From Spongospora subterranea f. sp. subterranea (Eukaryota), in contig JAUGWO010000003.1 of assembly GCA_049724395.1 (NCBI GenBank), forward strand, positions 62,001 through 107,659: a stretch of DNA of 45,659 nucleotides. Direction: 5' to 3'. Below are positions 1 to 11,821 of this stretch, one piece after another (positions within the stretch are counted from its first letter, which is position 1; every line of letters begins with the position of its first letter). Made by a program: the position numbers and the translations under genes. Under the pieces are notes generated by a model. The model did no database searches. It was not told where the DNA came from and saw only the letters and a list, made by a program, of their open reading frames with translations.

Positions 1-409
1 CGCGACCGACAGCTTCCAAAATCAAGTCCGATTATGTCCATCCAGCCCTATATCGTACTGTTGCAGATATAAACTGGAATGGACCAGTTGGCGGAGGTTT
101 TAGAAGTCGTCGACGGGAGACAAAAGTTTCAACCCTTACTGTCAAATAGGTCGTTGGCCATAATCTACAATAATTTCATCTCACTTGCCGATGATGCTGA
201 TGAAACTCGGATTGAGGCCAATGCGTTCATGGTCATCTCACAGGTTGCTGGACTTTTGAAGGTTTGTTGTTTTCCCAATGGAAAGAAGACCTTCGGTGTC
301 GGTGGGATGCTGGCCGATCAGGATTACGCCGTCCGGGGGGTGACGGATACATTTTTCCAGGATATGCTCACCAACAAAGGCATTCTTGTGGTGGAGATTA
401 CGAGTGCTA

Positions 410-436
410 CAGTGCGGGACATCTAGTCTCGACAAA
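410..436 (+). repeat. Left terminal inverted repeat
   Basis: Exact reverse complement of 2716-2742, starts CAGTG after TA. Confidence 0.95.
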
Positions 437-793
437 CTTCCAAGGACTTTTTTGTATGACCGCTGGCACGGATTTCTTAACGGCCACACTATAATTAGCC
501 GGGTATTGGACATCGTTATCAAATAGATATCACCGAGACCTACAATTTGACGATTTAAATTTTTTTCAGATGACAAAAACTCAGTGCGGAGTTCACGTTT
601 GAAAATTCACCTTTTTCAAAATTGGCCAGTGGTGAAAATATATGCGTAAACAGGTGCGTACGCATATTTATCACTGCGGCAGTCACGCAACTTATAACTG
701 CGTACGTCGCATCCTATAAAATACGACAGTGCACCTTAAACATGCGAAGAGGAAATTGAATACAGTTGTAATAAAATTATCGGAAATTAATAA

Positions 794-2427
794 TCAACAT
801 TTTTTGCCATCCTTTTCCGCCCATTGTTTTTGCAAGTCTTCAATGACATCCGCTGGTATTCGACGATGTGACTTGTATTGTTTGCAAGCGAAAGCAGCTA
901 CTCGACTTTCAAGACCATTCTTGTAGGCGTCTCCAAAGCGAATTGCCAGCCGAAACCATTTGCGGACAAAGGCTATCGGAATTTCATCCAGTATCTGTGG
1001 CACCCTTTTCCGTAAGCTGGGAAACGAATAATCGCATTGTTCGCGACAAATCAACTTTGCCCTTCCCCATGCCATTTCTATAGGGTTCAACTCACAATGG
1101 AATTTTGGCAGGAACGTACATAGATGTCCTCGTCCTACGAAAAGTTGTTCCAGAGCGGATTTTTCTGATGAAAAATCTGCTTCCAACTCCAAAATCCTGG
1201 TCAGACAGCATGTGCGAATTTCAGGACTCTTGACTTTGTTAGTTTTGCAGTCTTTACACATGCCAATGCATTTGCCATATTCTGGGAGAAGCCCCCGTTC
1301 CTGTACAACATGCAGCATCCCTTTTGCTTGTCCCGCAAAATGTGGATGGTCGATCAGGAAAACCATTGATTGTGGAACAGAAGTTGGGTCAATCTGATTT
1401 CGCTAAATGTATACAGTAGATGATTAGTTTATGGCCACTTCGACGATAAGTATTTTTAACCTGGTGAGCGGGAATGAAGAACGTATCGCGCATCAAAGGC
1501 TGTTTGCCTCCGGGATTCACGTTCATGCGAGACACTAGGAGAGCATCATGTGCAAATGCTTGATGATTGCTGGAGCAATCGAATATGGCACACATTATCT
1601 CGCCAGGATATGCGATTTCGAATAAGGCCAACGTGTGTTTACATTGTGCAAGAATGCTCACAATCCCACCAGGCGTCTGCATTTTTGCCTGGGCATATTA
1701 TCACACGACTTCGAAGATTTTGGGGCAGCAACCCACTCTTGCGCAGCTTTATTTTTGGTCTGCTGTTAAAACTTTTTCCAAGTTTAAGAATCCACATGAC
1801 TCAAACATGAAATCAGAAACATGGAAACAGCGACCGAGCCCTTTCTTAGGCAATTCCTGATCGTCATCTCGACCATAATATGTATCACTAACATCATTCG
1901 CGTAGAATATGCTCTCATCGTGATATGTCACGCGTATGGGCACAGCATTACAATTCTCAAGCGGAATAGCAACATCCATTCCATCACCAATGTAGACAGT
2001 ACGACGCGGCTCGATGGAGTCCAACAAAGGCAGGAACGTCTTATGTAAATATAACTGAACATCTTCACGATCATGCCCATCGTAATACACACCTTTTTTC
2101 CGGGTCATCCATCTTCGAACTGTTTTCAAAACTGTTTCCTGTGTATCTCCTTCTTAAAACAATTTGGCCCAATGGTCGAATAGCAGGTCGGTCCACTTCT
2201 TCATGCTCATTTCCCTTGTCTGTTTCATCGCTTGTAGTTTCGGTCAAACTGCTTTGGCTGCTACCCTCACTCGCAGAGGTATGGGAATCTGAACTGCACA
2301 CATCTTCCACGAGATGCATTGACTCATGTTCTTGGTTTGTTTCAACAAGCAAGTTTCCTTGTCGTCGTCTTGCAGCCGCTGCAGCACCTGTACGTTTCCG
2401 ACTTCGTAAGCGGGGCATCACAAGCAA
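794..2427 (-). pseudogene. DDE transposase (ITm type), frameshifted, one intron
   Basis: Motifs KKGVYYDGHDREDV, YHDESIFYAND (D1), KGLGRCFHVSDF, IICPGKNADAWW, IFDCSSNH (D2), FLPKFHCELNPIEMAWG (E). A GT-AG intron at 1403-1460 restores the frame (…PAHQ|RNQIDPTSVPQSMVF…). Frameshifts near 1752, 1655 and ~2130. Confidence 0.88.
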
Positions 2428-2715
2428 ACCGCTCTTCGCAGGAATGTTCGGTACTTAAACTCCGACGAAGTGGTTATAATCGTTTGGTGCACAAACTCTA
2501 TATATACAGAAAGGGAATTTCATTCCCTACTCAACAAGCTGTTTGACGGCTCAAAAACAGCAATATTGAGGGATTTCTATAAATAGCTTTTGATTTTTTT
2601 TAAATTGGCCGGAGTGTACATATGGGGAAAGCAGCTCGTTAGATTCGTTTTTTCAAGGCGCATCTTTTTTGCTAACATAGTTTGGCCTCTACTCCACTTG
2701 AAAGGCCCATTCAAA

Positions 2716-2742
2716 TTTGTCGAGACTAGATGTCCCGCACTG
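2716..2742 (-). repeat. Right terminal inverted repeat
   Basis: TTTGTCGAGACTAGATGTCCCGCACTG followed by TA. Confidence 0.95.
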
Positions 2743-4075
2743 TAGGTCATGGCCCATGGCATCGGTATGGTATAGAAACAGCCGGGCCGTTCAGGCCCTC
2801 GGGGCGTTGTTTTCATGTCAGTGCCCGACATTGCCTTTGACGCAGAATCAATTCAAGCTGTTCATGCTCAACCGCGACAATTCGTGTGTTCTGACGTGGA
2901 CGGCTGGATACGGCATCTGTCGTACATCGGATTGCTCATTCTTATAGGCAGTTGCAATATGCCTAATGAGGTGTACGCCAGAGGTGGAGGTCCCAGACGA
3001 GAGAACAAGCATCAACGCTGTTGCTGATACACCAGAGAAGCACCGCAAGCAATCTCGTGGCGTTCCCCCAACAACGGAGCGTTTAGCTCAGGCCGAACCA
3101 AGAATCTCTTCGGTATTTACCAAGTTTGAGTCTCCGTTGGATATATCGTGTGAAATTAATCTAACTGGGTTCAACAAAATAGGGTTCGTATCAGAGAATA
3201 TGGTCGATCCGGATTGCGACCTCCTTGAGTTGGAGCAAGACGATGGCAATGCGATCGAGGAGTGAAAGATGTTGACGTTTGCAGGGATTGCAAATTTGAG
3301 CCTATTACATTGTCGATAAAACACAGTACCATTAAAAACCACTGACTAAATCATCGTCACATTTCGCGACCATCAACAGTAAAACCGAATAACTAATTCT
3401 CCATTATTCAGAAGCGACCTGACAAAGTTGAGTGAGAGAGACGTCTAGTATTGGCAGAAAGACTATCTGAAACAACGGATGTTCTTGTGGATTCTCCTGA
3501 AACTACAATTACAAACAAGCGTTAACCTACGTGTTTCTTCCCGAATCGTGGTGGAGGTGTCGCGGTTTCTACGTTAAGTAAAGGCGGGTCGAGTTCGTCA
3601 GAAGGTCCCTAAATTAGTCGCTGAACCTGGGTTGGTTTCAAGGTGCTGAATTCAGTTTACAATGTGATTGAATGCCAGAGACCGAACGCAAGGAAAAGAA
3701 CCATAGCGACAATAATGCTGAACTACCCTACGCCGGATCATTACCCAACAATGAAAATTCTACTCTCGATGAATATCTAGAAATAACGGACAGGACCGGC
3801 AATGGGCTGGATTGTTCGAGTTTACAGTAGCAGCGTTTTTTTATGAGACCAACATGATCATAATCAGTTAGACAACACACCTCTAACCACAGATATACCG
3901 AATGGATTGAATCGTTTTTTCACAAATACGAGACCGCGTTCATTGGAAAACCACGATCTATGTATTGCACCAAACTATCAACCCCGAAGGGACATAGCAG
4001 ACTGAACCATTATGGGACCATCTTTCCAATAGAAAGAAACACTATGAATGGTCGTCACACTTTTGAAACTGAAGA

Positions 4076-5050
4076 ATGCGAAGAATACGTAAAAAATATC
4101 GAGAGAAACAAGGTTCCCAATTCAATCGGAACCCGATACAGATAGCGGAAAGGACGACAGAAAACAAACCATTGACGAGAGACATTATAACGCCAATTAC
4201 ACCAACACAGACAAACCAACATCGGATAATACAGAGTTCAGACCAATACCGTTATGTTCCAAGAAGCAGCATCACCATCTCTAGTACCCCTGGAAAAACA
4301 GACCATGACCAAACAAACAAAGAAGAACTACTACAACAACTTGAAAAAATTAGTATCACCGGAAAATGCTTTAAAGACAATGCCTCAACCGACAACGGCA
4401 AAACAAACAGAGACGAATTACAGCTACACCTGGAAAAGCTGAGTTTCAACAAAAAATGCTCTCACAACAATGCCTCAACTAAACAAATTAGGCAACTGAA
4501 AATAACACAATGTTTTACGAGGCTCAATGTTAAAGCAAAACAAGTGAACGATAACAGACATTTAATTGTAGCACAATGGAAAACATGCTCATTAAGGGAG
4601 GAGAGGGCAACCGAACTGGCACACTTTGCGAATCAGCCCCCAAGAGATGTGATTTGTGTTTCAAAACTGAAACACCGACGTCATATCAATGGATTTCCAC
4701 ACTACGAGTGGGATGATCGATACACACAATCAGGAATTTGTTGGCGAGAGCACCTCCAAATTGAAAAACTATATCCACCGCCAATTCAATGCTTTGGACC
4801 GTTTACGTTTGCAACACAAATTGTGAAATTATACGACAAAATGATACTGATACACACGTATATCCCACATGCCATCGACAGACAAACTAGAAGAGAATAT
4901 TGGAAAGCAGATTGAAATCCTCTCAGAGACGCTAATTTCTGAACTTACTCAAATTACCCTCATCTTGGAGTTTGACGACGATTTATGACCGAATTGGGGC
5001 AATGAGTGGAGAGAACCATAATTTGAGGACTGGTTAATTATAATTGGCGC
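4076..5050 (+). mobile_element. Degenerate non-LTR retrotransposon (LINE) fragment, APE-type endonuclease N-terminus
   Basis: HLIVAQWKTCSL…ELAHFANQ..RDVICVSK resembles the EEP start motif (L.I.xWN..SL…D.IC.xE) with catalytic residues mutated. The + strand is strongly A-rich, with stops and frameshifts downstream. Confidence 0.6.
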
Positions 5051-5483
5051 CTGAATGCCTGAACTGCAGTAGATTATTGGCAAGCATGACATTAGCAAAT
5101 CCGAGTCGCAAGCATTAAAGCCCAGGGGCGGGAACAAGGCCGCTACCTCAAACTACAGTACCCAATCAATTTGTGGATGTCCACACCATTTCCGAATCGA
5201 CACTAATTTCCAATCCGCACTGATTACGGTTAACGGTGAAGAAAGTAATGAACTCTTCTGAGAATCGATTTCTGGTTTTTCCATTTAGAGATTGAGGTGC
5301 TCGGATTGAAAAAGACAAGACATTGAATTTCTCGATGAACTGTTGATTACGTTTGTAAATCATAACTTTTTGATGCGAGCTAATCATTTGTGAAAATGCA
5401 CACTTTGACGGCTGTTTGCGATGTATTCCACCATGGCGTATTGGGAACAAATAATTTATTTGGTGGTGGATCTCATCGATCCA

Positions 5484-6201
5484 TCATGCCTTGGGCGCAA
5501 CCGTAGGAAGGCTGTCAATGTCGTGACACAATTTGAGATATTCACTATTGATATCCCCTCCACACAGGATCAGTTTGCTCACTAACGCATCAAGTCGTTT
5601 GATGATGGGCTTAATCTGCCCATCTCGTTTCGTTCTACTTTTGACTTGCTCCCACTTGTTGATGATCACTCGAAGTTTCGGCAATGAGGCTGCGAGCAGC
5701 AGTAAGATCTTGTTCGTGTGTCGAGATATAAGAATGAACGGCCTCGCTCACTGCATCTCGTTGTTGAGTCGCCTCTCTGCTTACCGCTTTCCCTCGGTAC
5801 AATGTATTGAATGAATCGACTTTGGCAGAAAACGTTCGTGCCTCTTCTAGGGAATTGGGATCCTTTTGTGAATAGTGGGCAAATCCTGCAATCAAGGGCT
5901 TGGCATCTCGAATCAACCCTTTGCTGGTATCATCCATGTCATCGATGCCAGCGACGTCATTCTTTCGAAAGAGGAACACCAACGATATCGCAGCCCCGAC
6001 AACGACTGCAAGGGAGCAGGCGACAACTATCAGCCAATGACGACCAAACCACGATGGATGGTTAAAGTACGATATGGGAATCTCTGCTAGCCCACAAGCT
6101 TTTTTTGGCGAAGTGCCAATGACGTACGGGATTGACGATTGGATGGTGACCATTGGGATTGCGCCATGAGGTGTCGTTGGCCGATTGTCGCTGTTCGTCA
6201 T
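5484..6201 (-). CDS. Hypothetical single-pass membrane protein with helical C-terminal region; probable frameshift near 5680
   Basis: ORF 5635-6201 has a hydrophobic span WLIVVACSLAVVVGAAISLVFLF followed by RK. The overlapping ORF 5484-5684 reads as a natural continuation. Confidence 0.45.
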
Positions 6202-6399
6202 TGCAGATGTGCTATCGTGGGGTGACTGGGGTCGTGGTCACTGACGCCCCACAGAACCAATCCCAAGTACCGTCTACAGGTCATCATCAGTAGCGTAAGG
6301 TAAACCCCATCACCCAACAACGTGCACGATAAGGAGGGGGGACCGTCGACCAAGTAACGTGCACTGTGGGTGCCGGATCGGGGCCATGGCGGTGAGCCG

Positions 6400-8085
6400 G
6401 TGACCGGCATGACTTTACGGTACACACCCCCTGTATACCGTGACCGGCATGACTTTACGGTACACACCCCCTGTATACCGTGACCGGCATGACTTTACGG
6501 TACACACCCCCTGTATACCGTGACCGGCATGACTGTATTGACCGGGTACACACCCCCTGTATACCGTGACCGGCATGACTTTACGGTACACACCCCCTGT
6601 ATACCGTGACCGGCATGACTTTACGGTACACACCCCCTGTATACCGTGACCGGCATGACTTTACGGTACACACCCCCTGTATACCGTGTGTGGCATGACT
6701 TTACGGTACACACCCCCTGTATACCGTGACCGGCATGACTTTACGGTACACACCCCCTGTATACCGTGACCGGCATGACTTTACGGTACACACCCCCTGT
6801 ATACCGTGACCGGCATGACTTTACGGTACACACCCCCTGTATACCGTGACCGGCATGACTTTACGGTACACACCCCCTGTATACCGTGACCGGCATGACT
6901 TTACGGTACACACCCCCTGTATACCGTGTGTGGCATGACTTTACGGTACACACCCCCTGTATACCGTGTGTGGCATGACTTTACGGTACACACCCCCTGT
7001 ATACCGTGACCGGCATGACTTTACGGTACACACCCCCTGTATACCGTGACCGGCATGACTTTACGGTACACACCCCCTGTATACCGTGACCGGCATGACT
7101 TTACGGTACACACCCCCTGTATACCGTGTGTGGCATGACTTTACGGTACACACCCCCTGTATACCGTGACCGGCATGACTTTACGGTACACACCCCCTGT
7201 ATACCGTGACCGGCATGACTTTACGGTACACACCCCCTGTATACCGTGACCGGCATGACTTTACGGTACACACCCCCTGTATACCGTGACGACCGGACCG
7301 GCATGACTTTACGGCATGACTTTACGGTACACACCCCCTGTGACCGGCATACCGGTACACACCCCCTGTATACCGTGACCGGCATGACTTTACGGTACAC
7401 ACCCCCTGTATACCGTGACCGGCATGACTTTACGGTACACACCCCCTGTATACCGTGACCGGCATGACTTTACGGTACACACCCCCTGTATACCGTGACC
7501 GGCATGACTTTACGGTACACACCCCCTGTATACCGTGACCGGCATGACTTTACGGTACACACCCCCTGTATACCGTGACCGGCATGACTTTACGGTACAC
7601 ACCCCCTGTATACCGTGACCGGCATGACTTTACGGTACACACCCCCTGTATACCGTGACCGGCATGACTTTACGGTACACACCCCCTGTATACCGTGACC
7701 GGCATGACTTTACGGTACACACCCCCTGTATACCGTGACCGGCATGACTTTACGGTACACACCCCCTGTATACCGTGACCGGCATGACTTTACGGTACAC
7801 ACCCCCTGTATACCGTGACCGGCATGACTTTACGGTACACACCCCCTGTATACCGTGACCGGCATGACTTTACGGTACACACCCCCTGTATACCGTGACC
7901 GGCATGACTTTACGGTACACACCCCCTGTATACCGTGACCGGCATGACTTTACGGTACACACCCCCTGTATACCGTGACCGGCATGACTTTACGGTACAC
8001 ACCCCCCCTGTATACCGTGACCGGCATGACTTTACGGTACACACCCCCTGTATACCGTGACCGGCATGACTTTACGGTACACACC
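6400..8085. repeat. Tandem minisatellite, 40-bp unit, ~42 copies
   Basis: Unit GTGACCGGCATGACTTTACGGTACACACCCCCTGTATACC, nearly invariant. A few GTGTGG variants and rearranged units at ~6535 and 7290-7355. Confidence 0.98.
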
Positions 8086-9192
8086 TCAAAGTGGAACTCC
8101 TTGACTTGTATTTCGCGTTCTTGAAAAATCGTTCTCGTTCAAATTCAAGCGCTGCTCTCGGATGTCCATGTACGAGTTCTTGACCGCGTCTTCCCATTTT
8201 GAGGTTCGCTTACCCTTGGGAGTGCTCGAAGCTGATGACTGAGATGCTTCTGGTGCAGATTTTAGCTTCAACGGTGCGAATTGCGGTGCTTTCTTCGCTC
8301 TTTTAGCAGGCGTCGTGGCTGGCGGTGGCCGTTTTCTGGTCAAATTGCCAGAGGTATACCTCTGGTCTCTGGAGAGCAAACCCCCGGGATCAGTATCCTT
8401 CGACAACGTCGGTGCCGACCTCGTCGATCATCTCATCACTCGAATCCGCTGCAATTGCGAGAACCGGCGACCCTGGACCGGAAAACGCCGATATTCATTT
8501 GGCACGCTGGAGCAATATTTTGCCTTTCGTCGAATAATTCCTCCAACCGAGCATAATTGGAGCACATGCTCTCCAATTTCTGCTCAACAGATAGTAGGAC
8601 AAATCGAAGAATCAGCTAATATTGATTCAATACCGCGGTCGCCGAATTTAAGAACACCCTCAGTGAACTGATTACGAAATGCTTGACGATACGATTAATA
8701 CGCTTCAGCGACTCCCGATCCATGTTTGAACATCTGAGGGAACTCTGTCTCAACGATCTCAGATGCATCGTCATGTGATGAAGATCGTGCGGAAAACTGA
8801 ATATGGTAATGGATGTGATACAATCGGGCGAATAATGGGAAATGATCACGAAGTCGATACGTCCTCCTAGTCTTTAACGTACGTGTTGGTATTGCCAGTT
8901 GTATGTGCACCTTGTAATCAATGCATTTGACTCTTCGTTGCTGTCCATGGATATTTGAGCGAAGTTCTGTGTCCGAAGCATACGAATTTCCCATGTTGGC
9001 AAATGAAATCTTCCTTGGAAGAATACGTTCTAGTACTGATCGACTTTCGTCCGCGCTTGGCCGATGATGCGTGCTGAAATTGTTCGGATTTTTAGGATAT
9101 TCTTGCGGACCAAAGGACATTTTCACACCGGACTGCAACTTTTTCAACGGAACACTCCTGGAGTTCGTTATCTTGAAGTGATCATTCAACAC
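8086..9192 (-). pseudogene. Degenerate transposase-like coding remnant, possibly Mutator-like (MULE)
   Basis: HYHIQFSA…SEIVETEFPQMFKHGSGVAEAY*SYRQAF…ILADSSICP resembles the region preceding the DDE core in MULE/SWIM-type transposases. It has in-frame stops, no DDE core visible, and abuts the 40-bp array. Confidence 0.4.
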
Positions 9193-9768
9193 TGACGGTT
9201 GAAGAAATTTTCAAGTTCGCTTTTTTGTTGCGGTTTCAGTGTTCGAAATTACGCATCTCAACCTGCAGGTCAATCGCCAAATCACATGCCCTTTGTGTAA
9301 ACGCCAAACTGGCTGATTTTGACTGTCAATAGAAAACAAATCTACCCAGTCTCACGTTAATTCAATCGCAAATTTTGCACTCGATCGGGCGTTAGAATGT
9401 GCTTGACCGAACTTTCGGCCGAGATGATTTAGTTTCCCAAACAGATTGCTCAGCGCTACACTCGATATAAAAAACGTATATGCGTCTCCACAGATATCTT
9501 ATGATCTTTTTGTTCGTTTGTTCTCCTGGAACTATAATACATTCGGAGTGTTAAGGATTGCGATGTTGACAAAGAGGGTTCCAGAATTGCAAGAATGATG
9601 CAGGAGAAGTGCCAGTGATCCAGCGGATATTGGCACAAGACAACATGGTGCATCAACCAGTGCGATCTATATGGGCGGCGATCATGTTAGGGACAGGAGC
9701 ACAGTTTTGGGAATAGATGGCGAAAATCGTCTATTTTATTTCTCCAATTTGTGAACTGCTCGTCCTCT

Positions 9769-10752
9769 TCAAACGCTCCCCATATCATTCTCGCATAAAC
9801 AGAGCAACGACTCATTAATTGACCTGTAAAGCTGATCGCGGCTGTTCCTGGCCGTTGCTTCCTTCCATTTCTGGAATTCGCCCAGACCCTGCTCCCTGGT
9901 TGTTTTCCTCGTGGTGCTCCTGGCCGAGCGCGATCGCCCACCGCCGCCGCCGTACTGGCCCGCGAGATCGTCAACGCGTCGGTCGATTTCCCGGTTTATG
10001 CGCTTTTCGAGGCGTTGCCCATCCCATTCCACCGACCGTCCCCAGACCGCCTCAGGGTCGACCGGTCGCCTTCGTGGCGATCTCGCTTGGTCCTGGTCGA
10101 CCCATTGTTTCCTGTCGTTGGCCAATCCTCTCCACTGGGCTCGTCGCTCTTCCCACAGCCGTTGTCGCCGCAGAAACCCGCTCTGAACACGAACTCGCCG
10201 CGGCAGTTTCACCTCGGGATGGAACGTGCATTCGCGGTGCGCTTTCTCATCCAGCGCCTGTCGTAGAGCGTGGCGTTTGGCAGCGACCTCCCTCATTTCA
10301 TTCAGTTCCACATGATAGAACCAGTCATCGGCCCGTTTCTCTGCAATGACATTCGGTTCCTGATCGGGAATCTTCTCTGGAATCCCACCCAGAGCGCAGG
10401 CTTGTTTGGTTCTGCTTTTTTTGCGAAATATCGAGGAAATCCGCGATTTTGCGCTAATTGCCGACATGAGGCGAGACCAAACCCGGTTGGCACCGTCCCG
10501 TTGGTTATCTGAACCGGATCGGGTCGAACCCGACTCTTCCACCAAATTCAATTTCTCTGGTGACTGATGGGGGAAGCCCTTCTGAGATGGCGTCCTGATT
10601 GGGTCAACAGCAAAGTTCGTCGTCGTAAACGGATGGAGAAACGACGTCGACGATGTTTTGGCGCTAAGCAGAGGCGACGATGCGATCCGTAATAGACGGG
10701 ACCTGAAATTGGGGCGAGGATTCGGTTCAGAGACATGTGAGGCCGACGCCAT
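9769..10752 (-). CDS. Hypothetical basic/coiled-coil protein with ECTFxP motif
   Basis: 327-aa ATG-initiated ORF containing HRECTFHPEV, a short motif typical of protist cytoskeletal/ciliary low-complexity proteins. The 3' end may splice into the frame ending at 9687. Confidence 0.65.
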   Translation of the reverse strand: MASASHVSEPNPRPNFRSRLLRIASSPLLSAKTSSTSFLHPFTTTNFAVDPIRTPSQKGFPHQSPEKLNLVEESGSTRSGSDNQRDGANRVWSRLMSAISAKSRISSIFRKKSRTKQACALGGIPEKIPDQEPNVIAEKRADDWFYHVELNEMREVAAKRHALRQALDEKAHRECTFHPEVKLPRRVRVQSGFLRRQRLWEERRAQWRGLANDRKQWVDQDQARSPRRRPVDPEAVWGRSVEWDGQRLEKRINREIDRRVDDLAGQYGGGGGRSRSARSTTRKTTREQGLGEFQKWKEATARNSRDQLYRSINESLLCLCENDMGSV

Positions 10753-11109
10753 TAGGAATCGGGAAGTTCGCCCCTAATCATTGAGTACTGATGTTGATCG
10801 AGCCGTTGTTATCGGATCTGTTTTTCACTCATGGGGGTCGCCATCCCCATATTCAAGGCCCCAGAGCGCAATCTGGCGATTTGACACCGATATGTGGAAT
10901 TTGTTCATTCTCAAGGCAACATAGCTTTTGACTGATTTCTCCCTCGATGGGTGACAACTCAGCAACGTCTTGTGAGGTGAATCTCACAGTGTCGTCGGTG
11001 AGAACCAATTGCCGGCGGTTCATCGGCGCTGTCCGCTATAACAGTCGAATTTGACATCGCGTTCTGGGAAGGAACAGAAAAACACACGAGATCTAATCGT
11101 AAATTCCAT

Positions 11110-11821
11110 CTATATTGATTTGGAAAACGAAAACTCGTGAAAACATTCGGTGAAGTCTGTCACCTCAAATCCGGCGCGCTTAAACAGGGCCTGGGATGGC
11201 GCATTCTCAGCAGAGATCTTGGCAATCAGCACCCGCAGTCCCAACACCTCCTTAGCGTACTGCATCATCGTTTGGACGGCCGACCACGCCAGACCTTTAC
11301 GACGAAATCGCTTGTCAGCGATCATCACCTGAACAATAATCAAATTCGTTTTGTTCAATGTTGTCGATTGCGTCGAATGGGCAAATCGCATCACCGACGT
11401 CAATTTCCGCCTCTCCCGGCTCGTGAAACTCCAGGAACAGATTGATATCGCCAACTGGAGTATCGGTCAGTTTGTCGACGACGATGAACGTGCATTTGTT
11501 AGGGTCCTGGCGCCATTCGGTTTGCATGGCGTATTCCTGTTCGAGGGTCAACGGCTCGGATGCGGTCAACTCCAGGATCTCTGGATCCTGTGCAGGATTA
11601 GGGTCGCGTTCCCCGGAACCGGCGATCGAACGGGGGTGAGTTCCTGACCTGCATCCATTCATGGTATTGCTGGACGTGCTCGACCTGTGGAAACAATTCG
11701 CCACCATATAAACAACAACAATCGCGAACAGACAGACGAGGGCGAGCGTGTTCTCTCTTACCTTGTATGGGACCAGTCGGACCCGATCGCCAATCAATAT
11801 CGTATCCTGGTTCAGTAGCAT
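11110..11821 (-). CDS. NAT9: GNAT N-acetyltransferase 9-like
   Basis: MLLNQDTILIGDRVRLVPYK|VEHVQQYHEWMQ|DPEILELTASEPLTLEQEYAMQTEWRQDPNKCTFI…GDINLF…EAEID|VMIADKRFRRKGLA. GT-AG introns at 11685-11761, 11588-11648 and 11329-11398. Confidence 0.92.

Larger units (their letters stand above)
410..2742 (-). mobile_element. IS630-Tc1-mariner superfamily DNA transposon, both ends intact, 2333 bp
   Basis: Perfect 27-bp TIRs CAGTGCGGGACATCTAGTCTCGACAAA (410-436 and reverse complement at 2716-2742), flanked by TA at 408-409 and 2743-2744, with a DDE transposase inside. Confidence 0.95.
79..3265 (+). pseudogene. Host ORF disrupted by the Tc1/mariner insertion; possible PD-(D/E)xK-like (Crinkler C-terminal type) protein
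   Basis: Removing 410-2742 plus one TA joins ORF 79.. (…RGVTDTFFQDMLTNKGILVVEITSA) in frame to RSWPMASVWYRNSRAVQALGALFS…. The same frame continues past one TAG (2945-2947) into ORF 2966-3265. The family guess rests only on the TD…VVEI motif. Confidence 0.6.

Noticed and set aside
410..2742. Fanzor/TnpB cargo in the Tc1/mariner element
   Set aside because: No RuvC-like motifs or spare ORF. The coding space is accounted for by the transposase.
6198..7458. ORFs inside the 40-bp array
   Set aside because: They are translations of the repeat. The unit length is not a multiple of 3 and stops recur.
9819..10512. Plus-strand ORFs antisense to the 327-aa gene (and 17714-18187 antisense to the Zn2Cys6 gene)
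   Set aside because: Shadow ORFs of GC-rich coding sequence, with no motifs.
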